A stretch of 64,000 nucleotides of DNA from Styela clava (Eukaryota). The position numbers were made by a program, and so were the translations under genes. The notes under the pieces are model-generated. The model worked only from the letters and a program-made list of their open reading frames with translations, ran no database searches and was not told the origin of the DNA. The stretch is taken from the NCBI RefSeq assembly GCF_964204865.1, contig NC_135257.1, positions 20,088,001 through 20,152,000 of the forward strand. Reading direction: 5' to 3'. Positions 1 through 13,789 of the stretch are shown here, one piece after another. Position 1 is the first letter of the stretch. The number at the start of each line of letters is the position of its first letter.

Positions 1-706
1 ATAAAATGTAACTTTTTACGTCACACTTACACGACCCGCCAGTCTGGGTGGGCAAAATTTTTGGTTCAAAAACCTTGCCCGCCCATGTAACATAGACGGT
101 TCGTATTCGTTCCGCGCACAAAAAGACCACTGCATTTGGATATATTCATTGGGTAGCCGTAATTCCGCATCCTTACATTAATATCAGATATTTTTATGTT
201 ATTTTTATTTGGCTTCGTTTCAAAGTTGTTTTTGACCTCCTTCAACATCGAATCGTTCATCCATCTGATACAAATAGCTGTCTAACTAATCCCATACCCG
301 AGATGGACTCACCGGACTAGAGGCCATGGTCCACCATATGATTAAGCCGTCTTATCGGTTTAAATACCACCCTATGCTATGCTATAGTGTGACACTCATA
401 TTTCTTGAATTCTGTCGTAAGAACAGAACATTTAGGTAAAATATTGTTTCTTATTGTCTGTCGCTATAATGTTGAATCGTTGAAATCGTAATTTATTTTC
501 ATGTTGTACACACAAATACGCACATACACACACACACTAAATTAGAATTCATTCACACATTCACACACTAGTTAGAATCGTGAAGTGCGCACAAAAATTG
601 AATAACCGCAGAATGCTTTATTCCTGAAACAGTTTACATTACGACTGCTGTAGGCGTGTCTTATTTCAACCAATCGTAACGTTTTATTTCATTTATCTGA
701 ATGCTT

Positions 707-895
707 CGGAGTTTGTGTACAAAGCCCCCGTATATAATTTCACAGTTCGGGTTAGGGTTAGGGCGAGGAATAATTTGAAAATTTAAATTTCAAGCGCAAT
801 CGGCATTCCTAACCCTAACTGAATAATTAATAATCTTCGTATTTTGAACGTTTGCGAGGGTGTTTTGTAGGCGGGGTCTTTGTACAAAAGTTCCA
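707..895. mobile_element. Palindromic MITE with TTAGGG/CCCTAA motifs (family D), 6-bp TSD
   Basis: TIR cggagtttgtgtacaaagcccccg versus tggaacttttgtacaaagaccccg (right end, reverse complement). Internal gggttagggttaggg and cctaaccctaac. Perfect TSD ATGCTT (701-706, 896-901). Confidence 0.85.
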
Positions 896-2198
896 ATGCT
901 TTATCGCACTTTTAGACTTATGTATCGTGTTTTCCGAGCGATTTAAAACCAAATCTGTTTGCATTCTTGTGGGTGCCATGACCTACAAGTGGTGACGGCA
1001 TTTGACCCAGTATGTTCCGTAACTTTTCCTTTTTTTCGAAATTTGAGGGTCGTAAATATTTGGCTTTCAGCGATAAAACTGTTGACTTATAAAACGTGTT
1101 ATGTATCTACAATGATAAATGTGCATTTTCTGAATATCCAAATATAATTGTACTTAAAGTTAGGTATAAGGGTGTGTTTAAAATTTTAGGGGGGTGTTGA
1201 CCCCAATATACTCCCTATCTCTGATTTAACACCATGGGTCGGTTCGTTCAAATCCTGGCAGGCGGTCCACACGATAATTGCTTACTACGATAATGCATTC
1301 AAAAATGGGATAATCAAAACCACCGCCATTTTTAAAAATGTTGTACTGTTAGAAAGGTTATATATATATTAGGTTTTTACTATGGAAAAACAGAAATTAC
1401 CAGATTCGTATAAAATCTCAAATTCTCGGAAAAATTAACTGTTTGTGTACTACCGTAGTATATGTTCCAGGTTGAGGTTAGGCCATAATCTTATTCCGCA
1501 TTTCCTTATTTTAGTTCTATTACGAGTTGACGTCTGTCTGAATTAGGCAAGTGGATATACCCCATGCCCATAAGTTTCAGTCGTTTTACACAACTTGATA
1601 TAGAGTAGGCGAACAAAATTAGTTACCTCCATATTGATATATATACTTCTGGAGCGCGCTTTTCGTTTATAGCTATTCAAGAGTGATGTCTTTGCTTCGA
1701 GTGGTGTTATTACTCACAAATTTTATCAAACCAGTGTAGAAAATTGCTATTACCACAGTTATTTTATATTTAATGTTAGGTTTTTGCTTTGGATATAAAT
1801 GAAACAGACAAACAAATGACTCATTGAAGACGACGCTTTTCTCATTAACTACTGCTTTTTTTTACTTACACCTACTGGACCAATCGCTTGTAAACATTGT
1901 ATTTTTCGCCAGAAGGCTATTAATTTTATTTATTTTTCAATAAAAATGATAGTTTTATTAATGTTTTGAATAGGCCATTTAACGTATTTCTGTTTCTTCT
2001 TTCATGCGCCCCTTTTAGTAATTGAAATCCAACAAAAAATAAATAAACGCATTGCGGTAAATATATTAAACAATGTACAGTTTATTTACGTTAAATAATG
2101 ATATATAATTGGAGCCTTTATCGTTTCCCCTGGAAAACCGATCAGTGGCATGCTAGGGGGCAATGCACGCAGTTTGAGTGAGCTTGGTATAAATAAAT

Positions 2199-2431
2199 CG
2201 GGGCTCCCGAAGTATGCGAACCAAGATGGCGGACATCGGAATGTAATATGTGTACTGGGTTAGGGTTAGGCCATAATTTTAGGTATAAATACTACGGGAG
2301 GCTCTTGGCTAGTCTTCGAACTGATAATAGGACTAAAATAAGGAAAATTGGAAAAAAATTATCGCCTAACCCTGTTACCCATGTTACGTTCCGATGCCCG
2401 CCATCTTGGTTCGCATACTTCGGGAGCACCA
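2199..2431. mobile_element. ~235-bp long-TIR MITE family B; other copies 9070-9283, 13954-14191, 43307-43538
   Basis: ~75-bp TIRs containing aaccaagatggcggaca and ggttagggttagg/cctaaccc. Perfect 6-bp TSD ATAAAT (2193-2198, 2432-2437). Central part shared with family A. Confidence 0.9.
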
Positions 2432-2443
2432 ATAAATCTTTAT

Positions 2444-2934
2444 GGACCTTTCCCCGACCCCCGAAAAATTCTTCCTATACTTTACTATTGCAAAAATTTT
2501 GGGGCTATTTTAAGAGTGCTTTTGCGAGTTGGCGCCTGTAAAATGGGGTATGTGTTTCAAACCATCATTATGATTCATCACATACAAAAATCTGTTTTTT
2601 AAAAGTACCGGTAAAAAATTTTAGCCTAGTCTATCTCAGTTATTTCTACACTAATTTTTTATTACTGCCATTAAAATAAAACTCCTAGGAAGACAGAGTG
2701 ATCCTTGAATTATCTGATTTATATTCAAGTTTCCAAAACACAACTGAAAACTAACGAATAGGGCTCAAAAACGCGAAAACGAGGTAATGTTTACGACCAC
2801 GCTTTTAAATCTGTCTGAGTGAGAAAAGTGTCTGAGCGGATGCGAAAAGGAGGCATTGTTACGTCACTTTTTACATGTTGCTGATTGGCCAATGTCACGA
2901 AGTAAACAAGGAAGTTGATGCTCGGGAAAGGTCC
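2444..2934. mobile_element. Non-autonomous DNA element, 11-bp TIR, AT flanks (ISL2EU/Harbinger-like)
   Basis: at|GGACCTTTCCC ... GGGAAAGGTCC|at; superfamily assignment is inference. Confidence 0.6.
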
Positions 2935-2994
2935 ATTCCGATTGCTTTTGCTAACTTTTCCATCTCGTTGCTTTCTGTAAAAACGTAGTTTACC

Positions 2995-3208
2995 GAGCGC
3001 TTCAGAAGTGTGTGTACCAATATGGAGGTAACTAATTTTGTTCGCCCGGTTTACATCAAGTTGTGTAAAGGGACTGAAACCTATGGACAGAGGGTATATT
3101 CACTAGGCTAACACAGACAGTCCCCGAACTCTTAATAGAACTAATAAGGAAAATCGGAATCAAATTATGGACTAACCCCAAGCTGGTACACACACTACGG
3201 CAGTACCG
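2995..3208 (-). mobile_element. ~210-bp TTAGGG-bearing MITE family A; other copies ~1445-1659 +, 10651-10827 - partial, 20788-21003 +, 26152-26367 -, 27114-27329 -, ~28076-28287 -, 33717-33915 +, 50531-50742 -, 56407-56570 + partial, 62727-62820 + partial
   Basis: Shared ggtactcccgtagtatgtgtaccaggttagggttaggccataatt...ttagttacctccatattggtacacacacttctggagcgcc, with imperfect TIRs. Near-6-bp TSDs tttacc/tttatc here and catttc/catttt at 50531-50742. Confidence 0.9.
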
Positions 3209-4549
3209 TTTATCGTATTCTGTCTGTATTGTGTATACTTAGCCCATTTGATTTTGAAATTTTTTGCGCAGAAACAGTCGGTAATGCTTGCTAACGACGT
3301 CTGATTATTAGCGTAATCTCGTGGTTTATTGTGGCATATTTATTATTATCTTACTTTGCCTATTTTTTTTATCACGCTCGTGAACTTTCAGTTTGTAATC
3401 CATTTGCAGATCAAACTTGTACTTTCCATCTGTTTTCCTGACGGTTGTGACTCCCCTAAGTTGTTTCAAATTTTGTCAAAATTGGTCTTTGTTGTATTGA
3501 ATTTTCTTGGCGTTTTACGTAATGATCAAGCTTATGATATAGATTTGACGCTTAAAAACTAATTGTTCTGCGACGTTTATAGCTTAAATAAGCAATGATT
3601 TTGTGTTTTCAATATATGCTGACTAGGAATTGCACTTCAGCAATATAGGTTATATTGCCAATATGGCCATCTCATTGTCAGCAAAATTCCAACCAAATAT
3701 TAGAAGAATTGTAAGAAATATTGTATTTGATGAATGTAAAATGAATTCAAGGTGTGTTCTTGAATTATTGGAACCATCCCAATTTACGGTGAAATTTGAA
3801 GACTAACTAAAATTTGAAAACAAAATAAAAGCCTTCAAGCGACCAAGCTCCATCTTGATTGGCTCGTTATTTGCAGAGAAAAGCGATTTTCCACAACAAC
3901 AACAACCCTAACCAACAACGACAACAGTTTTGTTTAACGAGCCAATAGGTTTACTTCGTGTGTAAACAAACGTGGAAGCAATAGATTTATTTTATTCATT
4001 AACGACTTTGTTTGAGTTTTGAACGGAGATTCAACTAATTCCTCGCGGCGTCGGATTTTCTCTCGTGGTTTGTTATTCTATAATTATAAACTTCGTTTGG
4101 AGTTTTTCTATTTGTGAACACATAGTCGTGGACTTTTATTTTGCTATTTATATAGAAATAGAAATTTAATACCCAGTTTGGCTTGCTGATGAAATATGTC
4201 AGTGCGGTAAACGTTCGATGACATTTATTGAAACCTTGGGACAAGAGTCGTTATGAACAGACACTGTTTCTAGGGAGCTGCTATGATTTGAAAATGTACA
4301 GATACTCACATATGCATTAAAAGCACACACACCAGCGCACATAAACACGCGCGTGTAATATCCTGTTGTTTACTTCAAACTAACCAATTGGACATCGTTT
4401 TCTCTGATCCGCTAGACTTCTTCCAGGCGTCGGATTTTTTTTCTCGTTGGTTTGTTTTTTTGTATTTGTGAATATCATTTGGACTTTAGCATTGTGAACT
4501 TTTAGTTGTTTATATAAAAACCAATCTTACTCACTTGCTTATTGCTACT

Positions 4550-4690
4550 GGAAAATTGAAAAAATTGGTCCAGTAGATAACGAGAAAGGAGATCTTTTCA
4601 AAAAAACATGAACAAAATGAGGAAAAAGCAGAACACTAATAACAACATAATAACAAAACGATCCAAAGGTCTATTTCGTTTCCAATAACG
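4550..4690. repeat. Second HINE-like family; copies ~1800-1930, 19525-19590, 28880-29045, 34075-34245, 35020-35073, 40600-40785
   Basis: Recurrent aataacaaaacgatccat.ggtc.a.ttcgt.tccaataa terminus; internal actggacca.t.g.tt..aaa and gccagaaggctatta in several copies. Confidence 0.65.
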
Positions 4691-4858
4691 CGTTAGCAAT
4701 GTTTCAAACATTGTCGGTGAATCACAAATGTTTTCGATTCGGTTTTCGTATTTCGGTATTATGCCAACAACAGTCATTTTTGATTACAATTATGTAAGAA
4801 TTATAAACATCAAGATAAAAGTAAAATAGATTTGGGTCTTGTTAAAGACAATCTAAAG

Positions 4859-5181
4859 CAGCGATTCTCAACCGGGGGCCCATGGCCCCGAGTGGGGAGT
4901 GGACACAGGGCAGTTGGAGGGGACCATAATACCAGGCGCAAAACTGATTTTACTTTTTACTCTACAAGTAAAGACCCCGTTTTTCACAGTGTCATCGCTT
5001 GATAAGCGTCTTTCACATGGTGTTTTCACTTTATTGAGCATGAATTGTTTGAACATAATGGTATTTGGAATCTGCCAATCAAAATAACACTATAAATACC
5101 ACTGGAATGATAAACAGGGGGCCATGAGTGCTGAAACCCTCTGGAGGGGGGCCGCGAGCCATAGAAGGTTTGGAACCACTG
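4859..5181. mobile_element. hAT (Charlie/Buster-like) MITE; related pieces at 19620-19707, 46321-46600, 48748-48810
   Basis: Ends cagcgattctcaacc / ggtttggaaccactg; internal aaaactgatttta...gtgttttcactt.ttgagcatgaatt shared with the 46321 copy. Confidence 0.75.
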
Positions 5182-6248
5182 ATAAAAAAAAATGACAACT
5201 GATGCCAGTGCGCTAGGCACATTCACTTATAACGCTGGAACGATGCTCGATAACCTTCCAGGTGTCCTAGTTGTTTTATCTGTGAAATAAATGTATAAAT
5301 ACGCGACTCGTTATATAATAATGTATAAGCTAAAGATTGAAATCAAGTTTGTTTCAATATAATCATCAGAGTGGATGACTCACAAAAGCAAATCCCTCTG
5401 CATGGAAAGAGTCTGAAGAAAGAAATCCCGTATACTGCAATTTTTCTGCTTGCGCGATCTCTTATTTATTCTATAGTTGCATCATAAACGTATTTATGGA
5501 TTCTTTTCTGGAGCCTTTGAATTAGATGTTTGGTTCTAAAATTCACGTAGATATAGTTCATTTTAAATTTAAGGCGATTATCGAAAATCATTCGCGAATT
5601 TCATGCCTTCAAAACCAATCTTTGTATTTATAGCACATCCATATGTACCTAAACGACATTGGGTGCCATAAAACGACAAGATACTCGCTTATTTAGGTTA
5701 ACTTGCAATATACTATATACGAATTATTCAATTACCGTTTTAACCGTAAAAATGATTAAATTCAGCTATTATATTTCTATATATAGCGCCACTCGGCGAC
5801 GCAATCATAAGCTGCATATTGCTCACTACTGGCAGTCTGGAGCTCTTTTTTGCACAGGAGCACCATCTTGCGGCGCTATCTATTATAAGATGATGCTCGC
5901 TTACAGTCGGTCTGAAACTGTGTATGTTGCACACGTTTTAGATTAGATTGCCGATTTTAAGCCCATGTTCCACAGAATTTGTTTTGTGTTTAGTGTTTAG
6001 TGAAGAATTCAATTCCAGAAATATTCCTTCGCGTGAGTAACGAACTTGAAACATGATTTACTACGTGCTCTTCGGAAAACTGCTCCGTGACTACTAGATG
6101 GGACGAAAGCTCAGTTTGAAAATCCTCGGAGTAGGAAATGGATTCCCCCTAAAATATTAGCCAAGTCACCTAAGGAATATTTGCCTATTATGACAACCAG
6201 AATGTTGCACACTGTTAATCAATTTCATAAGCGACTGCTTTTCTAGAG

Positions 6249-6832
6249 CAGGGAAGGTCAAGGTTTTTAGACCAGGAAACAAAAATTTTGTCCACGTAGA
6301 CTGGCGGGCCATGTAAGTGTGACGTAAAATAGATGACATTTTGTGAACAATATTTACAAGTTGGTACAAAAGGAAAACAATAAGCCTCGTGCCGAAACTA
6401 AGTTTAATGGCAATCTCAACGAATAACTGGAGCTATTTTGAGCTAAATATTGAAATTTGGGTTTATATTTGCATTTGCACTTGCAATATTTGCAAAAGTT
6501 GGTACAAAAGGAAAACAATAAGCCTCGTGCCAAAACTAATTTTAATGGCAATCTCAACGAATAACTGGAGCTATTTTGAGCTAAAATACTGAAATTTGGG
6601 TTTATATTTGCATTTGCACTTGCAATATTTGCAAAAGTTGGTACAAAAGGAAAACAATAAGCCTCGTGCCAAAACTAATTTTAATCGCAATCTCAACGAA
6701 TAACTGGAGATATTTTGAGCTAAAATACTGAAATTTGGGTTTAGTTTGGTCCTGGAAGCATCTGGCGGCCCGGTATGAATTGCCGGATTACCGGCCGGAT
6801 TTTGCCCGTGGGCCATAGTTTGCTTATGTCAG
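6249..6832. mobile_element. hAT MITE containing an internal minisatellite
   Basis: TSD ttctagag/ttcaagag; cagggaaggtcaa start; gcccgtgggccatagtttgc subterminal motif. Confidence 0.7.
6348..6743. repeat. Tandem repeat, 138-139 bp x ~2.8
   Basis: ttggtacaaaaggaaaacaataagcctcgtgcc recurs at 6361, 6499 and 6638; units near-identical. Confidence 0.95.
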
Positions 6833-7247
6833 TTCAAGAGTCATACAGATATTGAAGATGTGAAAACACGTCATAAACATATGGATTGTTGTCAAGAGGT
6901 GGATCAATCATTCAATGTGATCGTTTTCTCACCTCATAAGCCATATATCGCCACAGTAAAGCCAAATTCGCTTCTGTCACATTTTTTCAGAAGTAAACTT
7001 CTTTGATCTTCTTTCATTATGAACCAGGGGCCATGTTTCGTTCTGAGTTTTAAATCTATACCTGTTCAAGTTTTAATTTTAGGTATTGCCTGTTAGAACC
7101 AAGTTATTTTTCAAATACGATTTTCCCAAAACCTTGAAATGTGGCATCAGCTAATTCGGTTTTACTGATGCGATAAGGAATACTCGCCCAGTATGACAAC
7201 CAAAATGTTACACACTGTTACTCAATCTCATTTACTTCCAACTAGAC

Positions 7248-7583
7248 CAGCGATCACCAACCTGCGGCTCCCTCACACATCAAAGCATGTATAATTTGAG
7301 AGCGGTAAGATAGGTCGCAATAACGTGATTCAAATTTGTCAAAACTAATATTTTCTGCTCAATTTTAAATTTCTTTTCATTTCATCGTAGACAGAATTAT
7401 TGCATAATTCATAATTCATTTGGCTACTGCTTAGTAAGAAGTAGCTTTTTGCATCATAATGGGTGTTTCGAGAGTTTTAATAGTCACTGACATTAAAGTA
7501 GATGTTGCGGCTCCGAGTAGGCTTGAGTTTGACAATGAGGATACCAAAATGGCTCTTTCAATGCTAAAGGTTGCCTACACGTG
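7248..7583. mobile_element. hAT MITE
   Basis: Perfect 8-bp TSD AACTAGAC (7240-7247, 7584-7591); degenerate TIR cagcgatcaccaacct / aggttgcctacacgtg. Confidence 0.8.
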
Positions 7584-7609
7584 AACTAGACCAAAAGTCG
7601 TTTTATGTA

Positions 7610-8435
7610 AGAACACGTGTAAAGGAATACATTCAAGTAGATGGTTTTGAATTCCTTGCTCTAAAGCGCAGCGTTTTTCATCTTTGAAATTAGCTTTTCA
7701 GTAACGCCCTCTAAAATTTGTTTTTTTGTCGCTTGAACTGGCTGCCAGGTTATGGAAAAAAAAAACGTGGATACGGCCAGAGAGCTCACGTAGATTACCG
7801 TAGTACAAGCCATAGGAGCCACGAGCCGAATTTTTGTGAAAACATGTAATTCGAATTGTAATGTCAACTGTGTCTGTATATGATTTTGAAACTTGAAGTA
7901 AACATGACATGTTGATGACACCTACAAATACCATTGCGTGGTGAAAAATATGCGTAAAGGATTTTTCGCGTGGGCCATGTGATGACTAATCTCTCAGTAT
8001 TTTGACCACTTTCTGGTTTTTTCAACTGCGGCCCGCAAGGCCTTCTCAAAAATTTATGCGGCCCTTTAATCTCGCAACCTTGGACCAACCTGATGTAAGA
8101 TATCGTGTAAACTAAAGGAATACATTCAAACCTAAGACGCGCAGCGGTTTTCTCAATGTTATCATCTCTTTAGTGACGCTCGCTAAGATTTGTTTTTTCG
8201 TAGCTTGAACTGGCTGCTAGGCATTGGGATAAAAACGTGGATACGACGAGAGAGGTCTCGTAATTTGCCGTAGTTCAAGCTATAGCAACCACAAATATGC
8301 CGAATTCCTGTGAAAACATGTAATTCCAACTGTTATGTAAACTGTGTCTGTATTTGGTTTTGAAACTTGAAGTAAACATGACATGTTGATTACACTTACA
8401 AATACCATTGCGTGGTGAAAATATGCAAAAAAGAT
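7610..8435 (-). repeat. Diverged direct duplication (~7610-7960 and ~8095-8435) with exon-like pieces; related segment ~10140-10290
   Basis: tgaactggctgc, aaaaacgtggatacg, ttttgaaacttgaagtaaacatgacatgttgat and caaataccattgcgtggtgaaaa are duplicated. Minus-strand ttttcacag acceptor and gtaagt donor in copy 2. Confidence 0.8.
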
Positions 8436-11400
8436 ACCTCACAAATTAATATATTGTTTTTTTGACGCACACGCATCAAGAATTCAAATTTACTGTCGCC
8501 CATCTTTTGAATTATTGTTGGAAATTTACGTTGCTGTAATATTGATAAATTAATGGATATAAACTATGAAAAAAACATGACAAAAAATGAATCAAAATGA
8601 TCTCTATGAAACAAACTCACTATCGCTAGTTATCTACTGAAATAGTCATATTAACCGTCGGTAAGTGACGCTATAAAACATATATCGTTCCGATATCAGG
8701 CTGTATGAACCGAAGAAATTCCTCGACACAAATACCACTAAAGGCACTCGCACCACACCTGTATAAATAATAAATATAATGGCGAGTTTTATATCACACA
8801 TTTGCGTATTGGAGGTATGGAAATAGCTATCCAATTGTTTATTACCCGAATATAATGGTTGTTGGCATATTGGTTGGACCAGACCATGCGAACCAACTCA
8901 CATAAGTCAAACACACTAGAACGGTTGTTCCCAACCCTTTGCTCCATCTCTTCCCTCGCCTATTTGAAACCCTTTACTCCTTCGATTTCCGTTTGTTGTT
9001 TAATTTTTATGTGTAGACAAATATGTATAAAACAAACAATATTAGTAAAACATTACGCAAGAACAATGTAAGATGGCAGACACCGAAACGTAGTATGTAT
9101 ACCAGGTTAGGGTTAGACCCTAATTTTACTCCATTTTTCTTTATTTTAGTTCTATTACGAGTTCAGGAACTAGTCAGGTGACTCCCGTAGTATTTTGTAC
9201 CCAAAATTATGGCCTGACAATAATCTGGTACACATACTACGTTCCGGTGTCCGCCACCTTGGTTCACATATTATGGGAGTAAAATACCTTCTTGATTGAG
9301 AAAAACTGAATTAAGGGAAATCACCCACATTCGTGTATAAATTGAATAAAGATTTTTTTCACAATATTTGTTGATTTGCGCATACAGACCACGTTATTCC
9401 TTACTTGCGAGAGCTACATAACTACTCAGGATGCGCTTCATGATAAATATGAAATAGGATTGCCCAAATCTCACCCAGGGTGTAAAAAATGGGGTAGCCA
9501 ATGCCAAACTGACAAGATTCCGGTCCTTTCAAAAATAATATTGTCCGTTACATATTTTGTCCGAGGCGAAATGCGTGGATAAGCATCGCTTGAAACGCGT
9601 TCCGTCGAACACAGTAATCACTAGTGGCAATCGCACCACTGATAGAACACCACTTTAGTTTCTCCAATATTTATGGGGTTGCATACAAAGATGATGTCAT
9701 TTCGCAGTTTCAATTTTTCGCTTCATCCCCTTCTTTACTGTTTGATATTAAAGATTGAGTTTTAATGCACCAATAATAAATACCTCAGTCTGTCTTTTAA
9801 AATAATCTGTCGACTTTCAGCAACGGCAAAATCAATGCCAAGGATCCCGTGGTAAAACGGAGGCTCTACTTTTTGATATGGCGTTTTAAAGCATTTCATT
9901 CCTACAAGGATGTGTGAAAGCATATTGTGATAAGTAAGGGAATTCCAACAGGAATCTTTCTGGTATGGCATTGCCAACCTATCAAACTCTTGTTAAGGTG
10001 GTGAAAATTGAGCTTGAGTCGGATATCTCAACGTGAGATGCCATTGAAGTCACCTAGGCCACTGGGCTCATCTTGTGGGATGTTGTATAAGAAATACCGT
10101 GCGAATGGAATGTAGTACAACCACTTTGAGGCCGCAAACATGTGAAATATTTTAGTAAACAACTTCGTGAAAATTTAAACTTCAGCCATAACTGAAACTG
10201 TGTATATCTTTGACTATTGTTCAATTTAAAACTTAAAATAATTTATGTACGTACACTTATAAATACCATCGCGTGAGGCAAGATCTGTAACGAATCGTCT
10301 TTGTTTCAATGAGCGACAAACCTTTTACGTTCAAGATAACCCATAGTAACCAGTGCGCCAATCTCATGAATGAATAAAGAAAATTCCTGGTACACATTGA
10401 GCTGTGTATATGGTAGATTGAAAGACAATAAAATAAACAGTTTTGTATTGTAAGGATTCATTATTAAATTCCAGTGAGGAAAAGATACTTAAAAATTATG
10501 AGAGAGAGCAACTCGACTCACTGATTAAGGTTTCAGTTTGGTGGACTTGTCAAAAAATACTTGCGTATCGATGCAAGATGCTGCCACAACGCTAGCTAGC
10601 TAAATTTTCCACCGTGCCCAACCAGCGCCTGATTATGCCATTAGAGGGCCCTAATTTTGTTCACCAACTTTACATCAGCTTGTGTAAAGGGACGAAAACC
10701 TATGGACAGAGGATATATTCACTTAGCTAACACAGACAGTCTCCGACTCGTAATAGAACTAAAATAAGGAAAATAGGAATAAAATTATGGCCTAAGCCTA
10801 ACCCGGTACACATACTGCGGGAGTATCCATTATGAACAATGCCAATAGTGTCTCGATTAGCCATGAGAAAGTCGATTTTTTTTGTGGTTACTCAGTTTTT
10901 CTTGAATCGTTTTTCTGTTAACTCGTTAACATCACAGTTGGGGCACTGAAACATATTTTCTGGAAATACTTGGAGCCTGGTACTTTGAAGTCTTGTATAC
11001 GGATCTTTGATTAAAAAAATGTGATTGAGTAACCTAACGTGTTTCCTTGCATTTATGCTTGTTAGAAATATTGAAAATATCAAATATCACAAGCAGTTTC
11101 GAGATAATTGGTTCACATACGAATCACTTTGTATTTCACACTTTTGTTACCGCTAGGTGGCGGCATGAAAACGTTAAATTTGTGGCATAAATGTCGTTTT
11201 AATTTTCATTTTAGTTACCGGTATCTAGAAGTTGATAAGATTTCTTTGCGACGTGCGGGATTCTCTGCCAAGTTTTCACAAAACAGTTTTCTTTTCTTTT
11301 TATCATTATGGCGTCGTCATGCTGAGCACTTGAACTCCAGTTGTAATGGCTTTTTGTTGTATTTTCCAATATTTGTACAGAAGGAAAATCAGCTTGTTAT

Positions 11401-12281
11401 ACTACGAAAAATCACACGACAAATCTCGAAATGATCCTCTTTTTTGTAGAATGCGTTCTCGCCACGTGGAGCCCATTCAACGAGATAGTCGAGAAACTGT
11501 TATAGTCCTGCTACATAAAACTACAGCGCGGTTTGTGTTGAAGGGCGGAACCCCATCTTTTTAGACAATCATTTTTTGTACCATACGTAAAAATTTTCCG
11601 TAGTTTGAAACGCTTTTTAGATTTTCAAGACTCGTGTAAACTCACAGACCCGCGAGGTGATGCGGACTAACTTGGCAATTAAAAATTTCATACCCTTTCT
11701 CTGAAGATCCCTGGCTACGACTCTCCCGAAAATATAATAACCAAACGATATATTGGTTTTTGGGCGCTGGGGACATGTTACTATCACAAAAAATAAGCCT
11801 GGTCTCTTTTCCACATTGTTTTCTCGTGGTACTATGCCCTTAACCATAAAATATTTGCCCACCATGAGCTAAAATAAAAACGATACTATAATCGTATTTA
11901 TAAATAGTTTCAAAACAGAGAACCTAAATACCGACAACTACATGATATCCGGAAGCGATGTCGGATTTCTGATTTTATCAAACGGAGATACACATCCAAT
12001 CGTCTATGGGTACATGTAACTAAAAACGTATCAGCGTGTTATTTGTGGTCACATGATAATTTCTATGACAACGCTTGCGTCAGAACATGCGTGGAGGACG
12101 ATGTATATTAAGATAAAATACTTCTCGAAACGGGGAAATGCAATTTATGACTTTCCTAGATAAACCTCAAATAAATAAACCTCGAAAACACAACTAAAAC
12201 ACATGAATATTAGGTACGTCATCAGAATCAATTACATTAGCGCAAGTACTTAGTAGCAAGTTCAAACATCTAGTTCTAGAC

Positions 12282-12593
12282 CAATGGCTATCAAACTTTT
12301 CAAGTAGCGCCCCTTTTTTGGGATTTGTCAAGTCTCGCGTCCCATCTCAAAAATAACTATAACAAATAAGCTACAAATAACAGATAGTAAGGCTAAAGTA
12401 TGTTTTATTCAAAAAACACGTTGAAAATACGTGGATGGAACGTAAATATCAATAATAAAGAAATGTAAATATCCATAATAAGGGTTGCGAGATCAAATCT
12501 AACAAATATTCCTATTTTCAATTAGATTCACGTCCCTCCAAAAAATTGTCTACGCCCGCTTGTGGGGCGCGCCACACCGTCCGAGAAACACTG
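12282..12593. mobile_element. hAT MITE
   Basis: TSD ttctagac/atctagaa; ends caatggctatcaaac / ccgagaaacactg. Confidence 0.65.
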
Positions 12594-13789
12594 ATCTAGA
12601 ACGATTGATGAATATTTTTATATCCGTATGAGCAAGAGAGATGAGACAAGTCGTTAGATAGGTTATTAAACCGTTTTCAATACTTATTCACGCTGTTCGG
12701 TTTGAAGAAGGTTCTGTGAAAGCAGATACTAATATCAAACGATGTGTTGGGAACAACTAATTTTGGTGATATTGGAGTCTTATCCGGTTCGGCATTGCCC
12801 ATCTAATTTATCACATCATGAGGTGAGGTTGTGAGAACGGAGTTTGAACCCGGTTCTTAACGACTTTTTTCTCTTTCGGTATGGGTATAAAAATATTTTC
12901 TCATCTCTGTGCAAAAGTGTCATGAAAGCTTGGCAGTCTGAACTTTATTAACGTCACTGGGTGGCGCTAAATTGGCGTCATGGAATCTGGTTTCTAGCGA
13001 TTGGTAAGACAACTGTTAGGGAATCTGACCATCGCATAAAATTGATATAATATTAAAGGGATTATTTTGCATATTCATCATAGAGGAGGGGAAAGTAGAA
13101 AAATACATTAGTGAGGAAAATGACGAACGCGCAGACTGCCAGTATTACGCTTCCGGGTTAGACTTTTCTCAAGGGGTAGGGATCTATTTTTTTCGCTTGT
13201 GACAATCAAGGGATCGATGCGATGCATATTCTGTGTTCACATATATTGCAAAATATTTCTGAGTTTGATTTCAACAGAGAATCAAAGTAAAAATGAAATA
13301 AATCAAATAATTAAGAGATTATTAGGAAAACATAATAAAAAAAACGAACAATATTTTTAATGAGACCGATGGGTTTGCACATTTTTATACAAAATATCGG
13401 ATCTTGGCTCTATTTCATTGAGGGCTCTTCGTACTGGTTCCAAATATTTCAAATTTGATCGACATTTTGTTTCAACACAAGCTACCGTCAATTTTTTTTT
13501 CTTACCGCAAACCACTCCGAGCCCAGTCGCGACACACCGGGATTTGAGACTCCGAGTTTGAATTGCCTTGCAATAAAGTACACATGACTAGTTTCAAAAT
13601 CACGGCTGACTCCAACCGCAGATAACAACTCCGGAAACAAAAAAAAAATTGGCTCAGATTACATTCTCAATTCATCCATTTCAATATCTCGACTTTGAAT
13701 CATAGCCAGACTGGCACAACCGGTAAGATCCAAACGACACGGTTAATATAACATTTTGAATGCATATGCATATGCGAAATTCGTCAGAG

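Noticed and set aside
748-820. Telomere or interstitial telomeric array
   Set aside because: Only about two TTAGGG units, always embedded in MITEs.
6348-6743. CRISPR-like array
   Set aside because: Whole 139-bp units repeat with no unique spacers; no cas genes; eukaryotic context.
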